From contig NC_042999.1 of NCBI RefSeq assembly GCF_006345805.1, positions 1,240,001 to 1,304,000 of the forward strand: a stretch of 64,000 bases of DNA, written 5' to 3'. The notes below the pieces were generated by a model that saw only the letters and a program-made list of their open reading frames with translations, was not told the DNA's origin and did not search any database. The position numbers were made by a program, and so were the translations under genes. Every line of letters starts with the position of its first letter. Positions within the stretch are counted from its first letter, which is position 1. This DNA is from Octopus sinensis (Eukaryota). Positions 26,525 to 40,670 of the stretch are shown in pieces.

Positions 26525-26716
26525 AGTTGAAATTTACAGATAAACAAAAGATGAAGACAGGTGTATAAACAACAAGCAGGTGTATTAGTTTGATGCTTGG
26601 GAAGGTGAAAAAGTATTTTATGTTTCGAGCCTACGCTCTTCAACAGAAAGGAACACAAGGAAATAAACAGAGAGAGAATAAAAAAACCTTGTGGATTTAG
26701 CAGTCAATCATGGCAT
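26525..26716 (-). mobile_element. Short HHR-bearing element H-D in (TA)n, HHR at 26616-26649
   Basis: UUU CUGUUGA A GAGC GUAG GCUC GAAAC AUA AAA. Homologous to 37086-37277 and 50197-50285. Confidence 0.65.
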
Positions 26717-26861
26717 ATATATTGATTAGTTACAGGATTCGTTAGAATCATGGGGCATCAAAAAGTAGGATGCCAGGGCTGGCTAGGTACTATAACATTG
26801 AGTCCCCAGTGAAGTAAAACAACAATTAGGTGTTATTTCTTGGTAGTGTACTACATACAGG

Positions 26862-27085
26862 TGAGGGCGCATGGCTTAGTGGTTAGGGTGTTGGACTTGT
26901 GATCTCAAGATTGTGGTTTCGATTCCTGGAGCAGGTAATGTGTTGTATTGTTGAATAAAAAGCATGCCATTTCTCGTTGCTCCAATCCACTTTGTGGGCA
27001 AAAAGGAGTAGCCCTGTGATGGACTAGCGTCCCATCCAGGTGGGGAATATCTACATCATGGGAAACCAAGTAACTGGCCCTTATC
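26862..27085 (+). mobile_element. tRNA-SINE family D
   Basis: ggcgcatggcttagtggttaggg..gtttcgattcc..gatggactagcgtcccatccag. Confidence 0.7.
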
Positions 27086-27808
27086 ACTGGTGTGTTTTAC
27101 ATGGCACCAGCATCAGTTACAGCACCATCCCTGGTGCATTTCAGCACAACATATAACGACTTTAGCTAAACATTTACATTTAACTGTGTCATTTGCTAAA
27201 GTACATATATATATATATATATATATAATGTGTATGTGTGTGCGCACACACTTGTGTCAGCATGTATGTACATAGGCATGTTTTATACGCACAAACGCAA
27301 TTTCAATACATTAATGAATTTATACCAAAAAAAAAAAAACGATATGCATATTTCTAAACCACAAATATTTATCATAAGATCAAACTGGAAATAATGTCGA
27401 GCACATATATTGTTTTTTTAACGTTTTAGTAATAATCAATAATAGATTTGTATATTTACAATAGATCTGTTATTGGATTTATGATCTTAATTACAGCAAA
27501 GTGTACACATTGACATTGAATAGAATTTCAATCTATGTCTAGATGTCTGTTAAATGGTCAAAATAGCTAAACCAAACAGAGCAATAGTGCTATTTATTAG
27601 ATCTGTCTTACATTTTTATCTTTCATCTTTCACTTGCTTTCAGCACTGGAGTGTGGCCATGCTGGAGTACTGATGACTTGAAGGGTTTTAGTAGAAGAAA
27701 ATCAATCCCAAGACATATTTATATAAGTGTGATATTTATTTTATCAGTCTCCGTTATTAAACTGTTAGGTAATGGGTGGAATAAACATATTTTTATGATT
27801 ACATATCA

Positions 27809-28563
27809 CAGGCATACCTCACCCTACGTCGTTAATTGGTTCCAGAAGACACGACTTAAGTCAAAAACGACTTAAGTCGAATTAACTTGTCTCTAGGCTA
27901 GGCTAGGCCGAATTTACTTGTCTCTAGGCTGAACCAATAAAAACCATTCCCAGTTCTGTTCTTTACTTATGAAGGCATTTTCAAGAACGCATGGTTACTA
28001 AAAGTCTATTTTAAGCTTACAAACAAATAATTTTTATTTTTTAATACAGTACAGTAAAAAAAAAGTAATCTAAATTTACGAATACAATTTGGCAGAATTT
28101 ACCATACATTGCAAATTTATGAAGGCAGTTTGTAATAAGACATGGTAAAATAAAAGCCTTTTTTAAGCTTGTAAGCAAATTCAGTAATTATTATTATCTT
28201 GCAATAATTGAAAAAACTAAATTATTTTGAATTTATCAATACGTACATAAATAAGACAACACAGCTGATTGCATAATTTCATTCATTAAGCTACACTACT
28301 TTATGGTGTGTATCTTAACATTTACTGTACATATTTTAGTGTGATTTTATATGCTTTTATTCTTATTTATTTTACTGTAACATGATTTTATGTGCTTTTA
28401 ACAGTTTTCTAGTGATTCTACGATTCCAATATTTGTGGTGGACAGATGTAAAGTCGAATAAAATGACATATCTTGATTTTTATTTTTCCATATATTATCT
28501 TTGAAACCTGAAGTATAAGTGAGAATGACTTCAATCAAAATGACTTAAGCCGAGATATGCCTG
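27809..28563. mobile_element. pogo/Tigger-like non-autonomous DNA transposon
   Basis: TIR-like caggcatacctc / gagatatgcctg|ta, with subterminal gacttaag repeats at both ends. Confidence 0.55.
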
Positions 28564-29477
28564 TATTTGGAATTATATACAAATTATTCTGTGTATTGTG
28601 GAAGTAGAAGCAGTTTATTAGGCATAAATTTTTACAACAAAAGCTTATATGGACCCTGGTTAAAAACAATTGCTTTTGTGCCTGTTTTGGCATGATTTCC
28701 ATGGCTGGAAGCCCTTCCTAACACCAACCACTTTACAGCTTGTACAGGGTGCACTTTTTTATTCCCCCAGCAGAAGTGAGATCATCACACAGCTCCCAAG
28801 ACTACAAAATGCAAGGTGTTGGGGTATGGTTTTGTAGGCAATCTGAATCCAGTGCCACCATATTTTAATGAGAGTCATCTAGAGTTATCTCCTCACGTCG
28901 TTAACAACTAGGTGGTGCTCGCTAGATAGAGATAAAAAGACGTGCACAGCCAAGTAACATCCTCTTTTCTTCTCCCACGCGTCCTGCAACAAACTACATC
29001 GTCTCCATCTTTGTTCCTGCTACGGGAGTACCCCGCGTTGATTTGAATTTTGTTAAATCCTCTATACCAGTCATGGAAGGCAGCAAGATGAAAGCCTCTT
29101 CTTATTCAGCTGCCATTCTGTTCTGCTAAATGATAATATACAAGCTGTGTAAAAATACTCTCATCCTGGATTGGAATAAATACTCCATGTACATGAAGTC
29201 TTTGAAAACTCATACGAATTGTTGTCATTTTCCACTGGATTAATTCCTACAGCTATCGAAGGAGACCGGACATTATATTAAATTAGTAGACTAAAAGCTC
29301 ACTAAAGTTTCATGCCCAGAGATGTGAGTTAAGGTATGAGAGACAGGGGTGGGATGGAGTAGGTTCTTGTCGGAGAACAACTAAATGACAAATACACATT
29401 TAGGAAAGGGAGTTGAGACTAAAACAGTGAATCTAACCTGTTTTATTTGCTACAGCTTTGAAAACCTAATCATTTAT

Positions 29478-29850
29478 AGGTACAGGTATAGCTGTGTGGT
29501 GAAGATTTTGCTTCTTAACCATATGGTCCCAGGTTCAATTCCACTGTATTGCATTTTGGGTAAGTGTCTTATACTATAGCCTTGGGCTGACCAAAGTCTT
29601 GTAAGTGGATTTGGTAGATGGAAACAGAAAGAAGCCTGTTGTGTATATATATATCATATTTAATATTCGGTTTCCATGCTGGCATGGGTTGGACGGTTCG
29701 AAGTGAGACTGGCATGCCAGTAGGCCGCGCCAGGCTCCAATTCGATCAAGCAAGGTTTCTACAGCTAGATGCCCTTCCTAAAGCCAACCACTCTGAGAAT
29801 GTAGTGGGTGCTTTTTACGTGCCACAGACATGGGACCCAGTCAGATGGCA
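29478..29850. mobile_element. SINE A head (+) with an RTE 3' UTR fragment (-) inserted
   Basis: Consensus matches. Confidence 0.65.
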
Positions 29851-30701
29851 ATGGCATATATATATATGTGTACTTTTAAAAAATAGATACTAAAGGCAGT
29901 GCCCCAGAATGGCCATAATCTAATGACTGAAACAAGTAAAGTATCAAAGATTTATGGTATCAGAGTTGATGGTTACATTCCCACTAATTAAAAAGGAACA
30001 TTTTTGCTCGTAACATTTCCTTCGTTTTGTTTGTTTTTGATGTCTTCGATGAATTAACGAACTGCATGCTGCCTCATTGAATTGTTTAGTTTAGTCTAGT
30101 TTCGAGATGATTCTAGGTCAGCCATGAAAATATAATGACCTTTTAAGCGTTTGGAATACATCGGTTTCTGGCAGCAATGCAATGCAAACACTGGTAGGGT
30201 GTATCTTTAATTACTAACTAAATGGCTTCAAACGGATATTGGAGCTGATTGAATATTCTTGTTATCAAATGGTAATTGGTATGTAGGTATGTATGTATGT
30301 ATATATGTGTGTGTGTGTATGTATGTATGTATGTATTTATGTATGTATGTATGTGTGTATGTACACATACATGTATGTATGTATGTATGTATGTATGTAT
30401 GTATGTATGTATGTATGTATGTATGTATGTGTCTGTCTGTATATATATATATATATATACACATGGATATATACTCTAGTCTACTCTCTCTCTTTTTCTC
30501 TCTCTCCTTTTCTCTCTCTCTTTTTCTCTCTCTCTCTTCATATATATATATATAAAGGGAGAGAGAGAGAAAGAGAGAGTGAAGTATATATCCCTGTATG
30601 TGTGTGTATATACGTATGTGGGTGTATATATATATAAAATTTACAGAATGAGATAAAAATCCAAGGCTATGAAAGATTTCAGAGCATTTATAAATAGAAG
30701 G

Positions 30702-30747
30702 TCTTACAGCTGTTTCTGGGATATTTTATATGTCTCTTCATTGGAGA
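30702..30747 (-). ncRNA. Degenerate hammerhead motif (H-E)
   Basis: UCU CCAAUGA A GAGACAU..AUAUCCC A GAAAC AGCU GUA AGA. Palindromic stem III CAGCUG; two core changes. Confidence 0.45.
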
Positions 30748-31527
30748 TGGTGTGAGAAAATGGTTAAGCAATAGTTATTCTAGGTAAGAGATGAAATAGA
30801 GAGTGAAGTGGAGATATGCAGGGATATTGTATATGTAGTTCCATTATTTAGGCAGAATGGTATATATATATATATATATATATATAAGATTCCTGTACCT
30901 TGTGATTAAGTTCCAATAGTATTTATAATTGGTCATTCCAAGCATAGAGTGTTATTGAACAGAGGGTTTTTTAAGTGACTTAAAAGTTGGGAATGTATTT
31001 GTAGGTCAAATCAAAAACAGGAAGACAGGACAAAAAAAAAAGAAAAAAGAAAAAGGACAAAAAAAGTAAGTGAGGAGCGATAATAAAGAAATGAAGAGAG
31101 GGAAAGTGTATTGGTCACTGGTCAGTCAAGATAAATTGATAGAACGAATGGGGAGGTGAGGGTGATAGAGAGAGTGTAAAGAGATGAGAGGGTAAAGAGT
31201 AAAGGAGTGTCAGGTAGAAGGAATAGGGGGTGAGGGTGATAGAGAGAGAAAGGTATGAGAGTGTAAAGAGATGAGAGGGTAAGGAGTAAAGGAGTGTCAG
31301 GTAGAAGGAATAGGGGGTGAGGGTGATAGAGAGAGAAAGGTATGAGCGTGTAAAGATATGAGATGATAAAGAGTAAAGGAGTGTCAGGTATGTAGTGATA
31401 GAGCCTTAGTGAGAGGCAGAGAGAGAGGGGATAGGAGTAGTAAAATGGTGTGAATGAAGAATTTGGGAATATAAGGTTAGGCTGATTAGAGGATAGGTCA
31501 GTGCTTAGTAGTATAAGAATATATATA

Positions 31528-31571
<44 letters not shown>

Positions 31572-31674
31572 TATATGAAGATGTATATACATGCATTTAT
31601 TAAACATTTACATAGATATTTATACACATCAACATCTACACACACACACACACATACGCACACACACACACACC

Positions 31675-31758
<84 letters not shown>

Positions 31759-32279
31759 GGTTCTATCTACCAAAATCCACCCACAAGGCTTTGGTTGGCC
31801 TGAGACTATAGGAGGAAAATATTTCCCCAATGTGCCATGTGATGGGACTGAAACCAGGACCATGTAGTTAGGAAAAAACGTCTTACCACATATATATATA
31901 ATCATTTTGATTAGTTGAAGCTAAATTTTCATAAATAGCAGCAGCATAGAGAACATGGGCTACTAAATGCCTCGGACAAAAACTGAAGGCTGCTCATATA
32001 ACTTAGCCCCACAAACCCACATCTGTTGAACATGGCAGCTGTGCTAGAATCTTACGAAAGCAACACTTCACATTTTCTCCAGTCACTTTAGAAACTCTGT
32101 TCCTACCAATGATAATTCTTTGTTGTTTATATAAAAAGGAACTCCGACATATGAAATATATCGTTTTTAATGATGGATCTCAAAGTATATAAGACTATAC
32201 TTAATCGTATCTAGGCCGTGGCTGATGTCAGCGTCACATAACCAGCCCGTTTAAAAGTACCCATCAGTCATCAGGCAAT

Positions 32280-32555
32280 ATGCTGTGCTTAAGAAGACCT
32301 TATTATATGCTGGTGGCATGTAATAAGCACCATTCGAGCATGATCGATGCCAGTACCACCTGACTGGCCCCTGTACTGGTGGCACGTAAAAAGCACTCGC
32401 TGCAGTGGTTGGTGTAAGGAAAAGCATCCAACTGTAGAAACCTTGCCAGATCAGACTGGAGCCTGGTGCAGCCATCTGGTTCGCCAGTCCTCAGTCAAAC
32501 CGTCCAATTCATGCCAGCATGGAAAGCAGATATTAAACGATGATGATGATGATGT
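32280..32555 (+). mobile_element. RTE LINE 3' UTR (family C)
   Basis: Consensus match with (GAT)n tail. Confidence 0.7.
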
Positions 32556-32764
32556 TGCTTGGCACAATGGTAGCATATTAGTTATGTTCAGAGATGCTGT
32601 TTGATCAAGTCTCGCAGACTGTCTCTCTGCCATCTTTGTCCAAGGGTATTTTTAACCCAATATTTAAACACTATTATTTATAGTTCTATCTTGCTTCAAG
32701 TTTCCTCATTAAAACCCATTTATTTCATCTTTCATAGATTCTAAAATTCTTATGGTGCAAACAA

Positions 32765-32819
32765 CATATATATATATATATAATATATATATATTATATA
32801 TATAATATATATATATATA

Positions 32820-32883
<64 letters not shown>

Positions 32884-33160
32884 ATATATATATATATAGT
32901 ATATGTATATATATATATATATATATGTATGTATATATGTGTAATATATGTATGTATATATATATATATACACATGTATATATAAATGTTCATCTATATA
33001 TGTGTGTATATATATATATGTGTGTGTGTGTGTGTATAACTGTATACGTGAGTATATAATGTACATATATAAACACATATATATATATAGTTTATATATA
33101 TGTGTATATATATATATGTACATATATATATACACACACGCACACACACACACATACATA
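32765..33160. repeat. (TA)n-rich microsatellite
   Basis: Direct reading. Confidence 0.9.
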
Positions 33161-33569
33161 TTTTCAGCATTTTATATGATTGCAGAAATATTTTCCAAGG
33201 TGTTACAATTCCCCAAGTTTCGATTTTCTCAAAAACAATGGTTTTGAAGAACGATTGTCTCATTGATAACATTTTCATACACCAGATGTAAGACCAAGAT
33301 CTTTATTTAATGACCGTGATGTCATAAAATTCACGCTTCAGTTAATTCACTGGGAAGATATATTTTCTTCAGGCTGCACACTGGACTTGATCAGTGACTG
33401 GAGATTATTTCCCTGATAATCACACCTAGACAACAATATATGAAAATCTTGCTTTCAAGTCAAAGACACCCATTGTTATTGATACGTATATAATATTTTA
33501 TTGTTTCCAGTCTTTCAGTCTTTAGTAATTCTAAGACCCGTCCTTCAAGGGTTTTATCACTTTATATCG

Positions 33570-34200
33570 AAAACGTTCCACACCCTAGTGGTTGAGGGAA
33601 CTTGTGGAAGAGGTAGACCCAGGAAAACCTGGGACGAAGTGGTGAAGCACGACCTTCAAACATTAGGTCTCACCGAGGAAATGACCAGAGACTGAGACCT
33701 TTGGAAGTATGCTGTGCGTGAGAAGACCCGGCAGGACAAGTGAGACCATAACCCGTGGCCTCTACCTGGTATGTAGCCAGTTCACTTATGCATACCTTTC
33801 CTCCTACTTTGGACACAAAACTCTCCTTGCGAAGCCCTTTGAGGCAAGTGAAATCGATCAAAAATCAATGGAAATTGTAGTTGTGATATCAGTGCTGGTG
33901 GCACGTAAAAGAACTATCCGAACGTGGCCGATGCCAGCGCTGCCTCGACTGGCCTCCGTGATGGTGGCATGTAAAAAGCACCAACCAATCGTGGCCGTTG
34001 CCAGCCTCGTCTGGCACGTAAAAAGCACCCACTACACTCACGGAGTGGTTGGCGTTAGGAAGGGGCATCCAGCTGTAGAAACACTGCCAGATCAGACTGG
34101 AGCCTGGTGCAGCCTCCTGGCTTCCCAGATCCCAGTCGAACCGTCCAACCCATGCTAGCATGGAAAGCGGATGTTAAACGATGATGATGATGATGATGAT
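33570..34200 (+). mobile_element. RTE LINE: ORF C-terminus plus complete 3' UTR
   Basis: VEGTCGRGRPRKTWDEVVKHDL followed directly by family C sequence and (GAT)n. Confidence 0.85.
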
Positions 34201-34544
34201 CGAACCCTGTACTAAAACATTTCTCCTGGCCAGTAGTGTAACTAGAGTTTGGGGCAAATTCCCTGGGTATTGATTGAAGGGGGTGCAGAATTGACTATAA
34301 TATGATAACTTTGAACTCAATTTATAAAATTGCAATTGTAAAGATGGATCTCCAGTATATCGATTTATGTTGTTATTGACGGTAAGCATGATATGATGGC
34401 TGTCTACATTCATGTTTGGAGATTTTTACAAAGGGTGTCAAAAAAGGCTTCGTTACAGTAGACATTAAAAAAATATTTTTTGAATTACAGGCTGTACTGA
34501 ACTGGCAGGTAAAATGAACTGGGTTAAGTATTTATTCTTAAAAT

Positions 34545-34960
34545 ATTTTTTCTACTGTAGGCACAAGGCCCAAAATTTTTGGGGAGGGTACCAGTTGATT
34601 AGGTGAACCCTAGTACGTAATTGGTACTTAATTTATCAACCCCAAAAGGATGAAAGGTAAAGTCAACCTCAGCGGAATTTTAACTCAGAACATAGCAGCA
34701 GACGAAATGCTACTGACCATTTCATCCAGTGAGCTAATGATAATTTTTTTCCTACTCTAGGCACAAGGCCTAGAATTTTTGGAGAGGGGGGGTCAGTCGA
34801 TTAGATCAACTCCAGTATGCAACTGGTACTTAATTTATCGACCCCAAAAGGATAAAAGACAAGGTCAACCTTAGCGGAATTTGAAGTCAGAACATAAAGG
34901 CATATGAAATACCGCTAAGCATTTCACCTGGCATTCTAACGATTCTTCCAGCTCGCCATC
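34545..34960 (-). mobile_element. Two tandem SINE family B copies
   Basis: Consensus match. Confidence 0.7.
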
Positions 34961-36091
34961 TTGATTTATTCCTAAAATATTGCTTTAAAGCATTAATTAC
35001 TAATAACACATAAGTACTATATAATGTCATGGACTTTGTAATCGAGCATGGGGTGCATTTTTGTGGTTTGCCCCAGCTACACCACCGACCCTGACACATC
35101 TTCACCATTATCTTATTTCTCCCTTGTTTTTGTTTCTCCCCTATCTTTTCTCCGTTCCAACTGGCATAGCCATGTATCTCCTCTACAGTAAGGCCTCCAT
35201 TTCTGTCCCTCTATCATACTTTAACTTCTCATCCCCAGCACAAAGCCACCTCAATACTACTCCCCCACTCAATTGAGGGGTTTTGCCTTGCTATTTACTT
35301 AGTGCCATCTCTAGTACTGGTTCCACATCAAAAGCACCCAGTACACTCTGTAAAGTGTTTGGCTTTAGGAAGGACACCCAGATATATATTTCTTTACTAC
35401 CCAAAAGGAGCTAAACATAGAGCGGACAAACAAGGACAGACAAATGGATTAAGTCGATACATTGACCCAGTGCGAAACTGGTACTTTATTTATCGACCCC
35501 GAAAGGATGAAAAGCAAAGTTGACCTTGGCGGTATTTGAACTCAGAACATAACAACAGATATAGAAACCATTCCAAAGCAGACAATAGAACTCAACACAT
35601 TCCTCTGGCTTGCCAGTTCTTCTAAAGCCATTTACCCTGTGTCGGCATGAAAAACAGACATTAAATGATAAGCATGGTGTTTATTTCGTTAATAACCATT
35701 TATTGAATGTTTAAAAATTTAACTTTGAAATGGCATTTGTATAAAAGTGAGTTGATCTTGTGTTGGCTTTGTGTTGAAACTGTAGCAATTATATCATGAA
35801 AGATAGAACAAATATTTAAATATTTGATATTCCATCCAATTATCAAGATCAAACAAAGCCATTCTCTTCATTTATTTCTGTTGGTATCAAAAATTTTAGT
35901 CACATCTCACCGACCTGTTTATTTCTACAATTCCTGTGAAGCTGTAGTGCTCTTTTTTCAGTGATTGGAAATAAATGCAACTAGCACTTGTGCTGGTGGC
36001 ACGTGAAAAAAACATTCAAGTGAGGTCGTTGTCGTTGCCAGTGGCGCTGGACTGGCTCCTGTGCAGGTGGCACATAAAAAAGCACCATTTT

Positions 36092-36131
<40 letters not shown>

Positions 36132-36314
36132 TATATAAGATAAAATTTTTCGAAAAAAGTTCTATCAATGGCCAGCATATTAAAAAATACCTTTAAAGGT
36201 TAAATTTATAAACAATTTATATATCACTAGTGATATATTACATGGTTATTGACGTAGTGTCCATTTTCGGCATATTTTGGCATTCGAATTTTTTTCTTTT
36301 GCCCTTACTTATAA

Positions 36315-36354
<40 letters not shown>

Positions 36355-36355
<1 letters not shown>

Positions 36356-37050
36356 CACATGTGTATGAACAGCCATGCTACATGGCAGTGAAACATGGGC
36401 CATGACTGCTGAGGACATGCGTAAGCTTGCAAGGAATGAAGCCGGTATACTCCAATGGATGTGTAATGTCAGTGTGTATACTCGACAGAGTGTAAGTACC
36501 TTGAGAGAAAAGTTGGACCTAAGAAGCATCGGAAATGGTGTGCAAGAGAGACTGTACTGGTATGGTCATGTGGTGAGAATGGATGAGGATAGCAGTGGGA
36601 AAAAGTGTCACACCCTAGCGGTTGAGGGAACCTGTGGAAGTGGTAGACCCAGGAAGACCTGGGATGAGGTGGTGAAGCACGACCTTCGAACATTAGGCCT
36701 CACCAAGGCAACGACCGGTGACCGAGACCTTTGGAAATATGCTGTGCTTGAGAAGACCCGGCAAGCCAAATGAGACCATAACCTGTGGCCTATGCCAGGG
36801 GAGTAACCAACCCACTTATGTGTACCTTTCCTTCATTGGACACTAAACTCTGCTTGTGAAAACCTGTTGAAGAAAGTGAAATTGAAATCGAAATCAAATT
36901 CGATGCCTGGCATCTGTGCTAGTGGAGCGCTAGGAGCACCATCCGAGCGTGATCGTTGCCAGAGTAGCTACATGGCTTCTGTGCCGGTGGCACATAAAAA
37001 GCACCATTCAAGTGTGATCATTGCCAGTGCCGCATTACTGGCACTTGTAA
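36355..37050 (+). pseudogene. RTE LINE 3' fragment (ORF 36375-36773) plus partial 3' UTR
   Basis: MLHGSETW..LYWYGHVVRM..GRPRKTWDEVV. Confidence 0.88.
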
Positions 37051-37085
37051 TCCCATAAACCAGCCTTCCCCATTTGTAATATATA

Positions 37086-37274
37086 TAGTGAGAATTTACA
37101 AAAAACAAAAGACGAAGATGGGTATGTAAAACAACAAACAGGTGTATTAGTTTAACGCTTGGGAAGTGAGAAAGTATTTTACGTTTCAAGCCTATGCTCT
37201 TCGACAGAAAGGAACACAGAAATAAACAGGAAGAGAAAATAGAACAAGGTTTAAGGGCTAGCAATCAATCATGG

Positions 37275-37277
<3 letters not shown>
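37086..37277 (-). mobile_element. Short HHR-bearing element H-D in (TA)n, HHR at 37177-37210
   Basis: UUU CUGUCGA A GAGC AUAG GCUU GAAAC GUA AAA. Confidence 0.65.
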
Positions 37278-37338
<61 letters not shown>

Positions 37339-37339
37339 A

Positions 37340-37730
37340 TATATGATGGATGTCTTTCAGTTTCTGTCTACCAAATCCAATCACAAGGCTTTGGTTGGCC
37401 TGAGGCCACAGTAGAATGCACTTGCCCAAGGTGTGGTACAGTGGGGCTGAACCCCTGGACCATGTGGTTGGGAAGCAAACTTCTTACCACACAGCCACAC
37501 CAGCACCTACCTTATTTCTTTACTACCCACAAGGGGCTAAACACAGAGGGGACAAACGAGGACAAACAAACGGATTAAGTCAATTATATCGACCCCAGTG
37601 CGTAACTGGTACTTAATTTATCGACCCCGAAGGGATGCAAGGCAAAGTTGACCTCGGCGGAATTTGAACTCAGAACGTAACGGCTACCCATTTCACACAG
37701 CGTGCTAACGTTTCTGCCAGCTCGCCGCCT
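37340..37730 (-). mobile_element. SINE A head plus SINE B copy
   Basis: Consensus matches. Confidence 0.7.
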
Positions 37731-39185
37731 TCCACACCAGCATCTACCCCACACATCCATACCTGTGCCCACTCACAGAGCCACGCCTGGGCCTATACAG
37801 ATATCTGGAATAAATAAGAATGAATAAAGGAGAGAATATCAGATGATTTTTCTAAAAAATGAAATTAAGCATCAGAGATGCACAAAATCAGAAGTGAATT
37901 CTATTTTATTACATTAAAACATTAGTCTTGCTTATGATTGATTCTTTACATTTTTATTTATTTTCTTGTCTTTAATAATATTTTATGTATTTATTTATTT
38001 ATTTATTGTTCGTTTTCCTAACAGTGAGTACGACTAGGTCAAAGGTCAGAGACAAGAGACAATATAATGTGTCTGAAGACAATCTATAAATATCACTAAA
38101 TAACATTAAGAGAAAATTTGTAATCTCACACACATACAACCAGAAGAAAAAAAAATTATATAAGTATTAATTTGATAAATTATAATGTGAGAATGTGAGA
38201 GAAAGCGAAAGAGTGAGAGAGTGTGAGAGAGAGAAAGAGAGAAAGTGAGGGAGAGAGAGAGAGAGGTAGATTAATTGTGGAAATGGGTCGTTGAAGAAGA
38301 AAAGAAAAATTAATGGTTATTAAAGAAAGAAAAAAAATCGAGAATGAATGAAAAACCGGAAAAGAAAAGTAGTAAAAAGGAAATATTCGTAAAACACACA
38401 CAGAGAATAAAAAAAAATTAAAACAAAAAAAAAACAGCAGCTAAATAATTAAAAATAAAATAAATGTGAATTTTTCTATTTATTTATTTTTATTTATTTA
38501 TTTGTTTTTTGGCCATCAAGTAATCTTCATAATTGTTCAGAACTATATTATATACTTTCATCGAATATTTTTCTTTAAGAAGGCTTGTCCACTTGCTTAA
38601 TTTACAAATTTCTGCTGCCTCGCACAGCCGCCACTCCCCACCTCAAACCCCGCACTGTTTCCAGGCCCTCCCAAAAACAGTATGACATACACTAATGTGA
38701 TTTTTATTTCAACCTCACACAGAAGAACATTATCAATATGTTTTATGGTTTTACAGTTCTTATTCAGGATTGTATCATGTATGATTTAAATAATGGCCGG
38801 CTTTGTTTTTGTTTTTATATCATTAACACAAATTTGTTCTGAAATATTTTTATATAAGAAATAGGCACAGGCATGGCTGTGTGGTTAAGAACTTAGCTTA
38901 TAAACTACGTGGTTTTGGGTTCAGTCCCACTGTATGGAACATTGGGCTAGTTTTCAACGAAGTCACGTCTTGTCCTTACCTTTGAAACACGGAAGAGATG
39001 AAACAGAGACAACTGAAGAAGGGGAATATTCTTTGTGTTGTACGTTTTGTTCTCTGTTTTTTTTCCGTTGTTTGAAACAAAAGTTCGTTTCTATGTTTTT
39101 GCTTTTATGTTTTCATTTATCATTGTGTTCAACGTTTTTTTGATGTTCTGTACCCATATATGGATGTATATATAGATATATATGT

Positions 39186-39525
39186 CTGAAATCCCGCTTC
39201 AGTCACGACACAGACCATGGGATTGCACCTAAAAAGTTACCCTCCCAGGCACAAGTCCGGGTAAGGTTGTTTACGGAAGATAGCAGTCGCCCATGCATAC
39301 TGGCCTCCCCTCTTCATGCCACTGATGTCATCCAAGGGAAAGACAAAGGCCGATACAGCTTGGCACCAGTGACATCGCCACTCATTTCTACAGCTGAGGG
39401 AACTGGAGCAACGTGAAATAAAGTGTCTCGCTCAAGAACACAACACGCAGCCCGGTCTGGGATTCGAGCTCACAACCTCACGATCGTAAGCTCAACGCTC
39501 TAACCACTGAGCCATGCACCTTCAC
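39186..39525 (-). mobile_element. tRNA-SINE with structured body (family E)
   Basis: Head ggtgcatggctcagtggttagagcg..tcgaatccc, then gtgttcttgagc.agacactt. Confidence 0.7.
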
Positions 39526-40182
39526 AACATATATATATGTAGGTATGCACATATATGTATGTATATATATATGCATATATTTATATATTATTTGTATTAT
39601 TATATGATCGAATGCCACACATCCTTTTCCAAGTAAGTTTTATCTTTTAATACATCTCTAATCAGATCATAGCCTTGAGTGAGTTTAGTAGATGGAAACT
39701 AAAAGAAGCCCATCATATATGTGTGTACACATGAGTGGATCGACTAATCAATTCCAAGAGGTAAAATTACCCTAACCACTAAGCCATGCACCAGCTTACC
39801 ACACAGCCACACCTGAACCTACAAAAGATCATTTAATTTGATTGTTTTAGTCCACAGAATAACAGTGGGATCGAAGAACTGACAGAAAGGCAGGCTCAGA
39901 CGATGCCAAATGATGGCCTCTACTTCCAATGCTTCGTAAATAAAACAAAATTTACCAAAATATTGCAAATCTTTTTGGCTCATCACAATATCTTTTTTTT
40001 TTCCGCTCTACAGGATGAGACATATTCTGCATCATTACTTTATTTTTCTTGCGCTAACAGCTTCACCAGATAATAAGATTGAAAAATGCTGTCAACTAAG
40101 CTTAGTTGGAGTAAACAGAGTTCAATGTCTTGTTCAAGTAATATCTATAGAAATAACTTGCTTTAATAATACACAGGTATAC

Positions 40183-40670
40183 TGGAGGCGCAATGGCCCA
40201 GTGATTAGGGCATCAGCTTCATGGTCATAGGACTGCACTTTTGATTCCCAGACCAGACATTGTGAGTGTTTATTGAGCAAAAACACCTAAAGCTCCACGA
40301 GGCTCCGGCAGGGGGTGGTGGTGAACCCTGCTGTAGTCTTTCACCACAACTTTCTCTCACTCTTTCTTCCTGTTTCGGTTGTACCTGTAATTGAAAGGGG
40401 CCAGCCTTGTCACACCGTGACACACTGAATCTCCCCAAGAACTACAGTAAGGTTACATGTGTCTGTGGAGTCCTCGGCCACTTGAACGTTATTTCATGAG
40501 TAGGCTATTCTGATGGTCGGATCAACTGGAAGAGATGCAATGGCCCAGTAGTTAGGGCAGTGGACTAGCAGTCTTAGGATCATGGTTTCAATTCCCAGAC
40601 CGGACGTCGTGAGTGTCTATTGATCAGATCAACTGGAAACCTTGTTGTCGTAACCAAAGGAGTGCCACAA
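40183..40670 (+). mobile_element. tRNA-SINE family F with duplicated head
   Basis: ggaggcgcaatggcccagtg.ttagggca head at 40183, repeated at about 40535. Confidence 0.65.
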
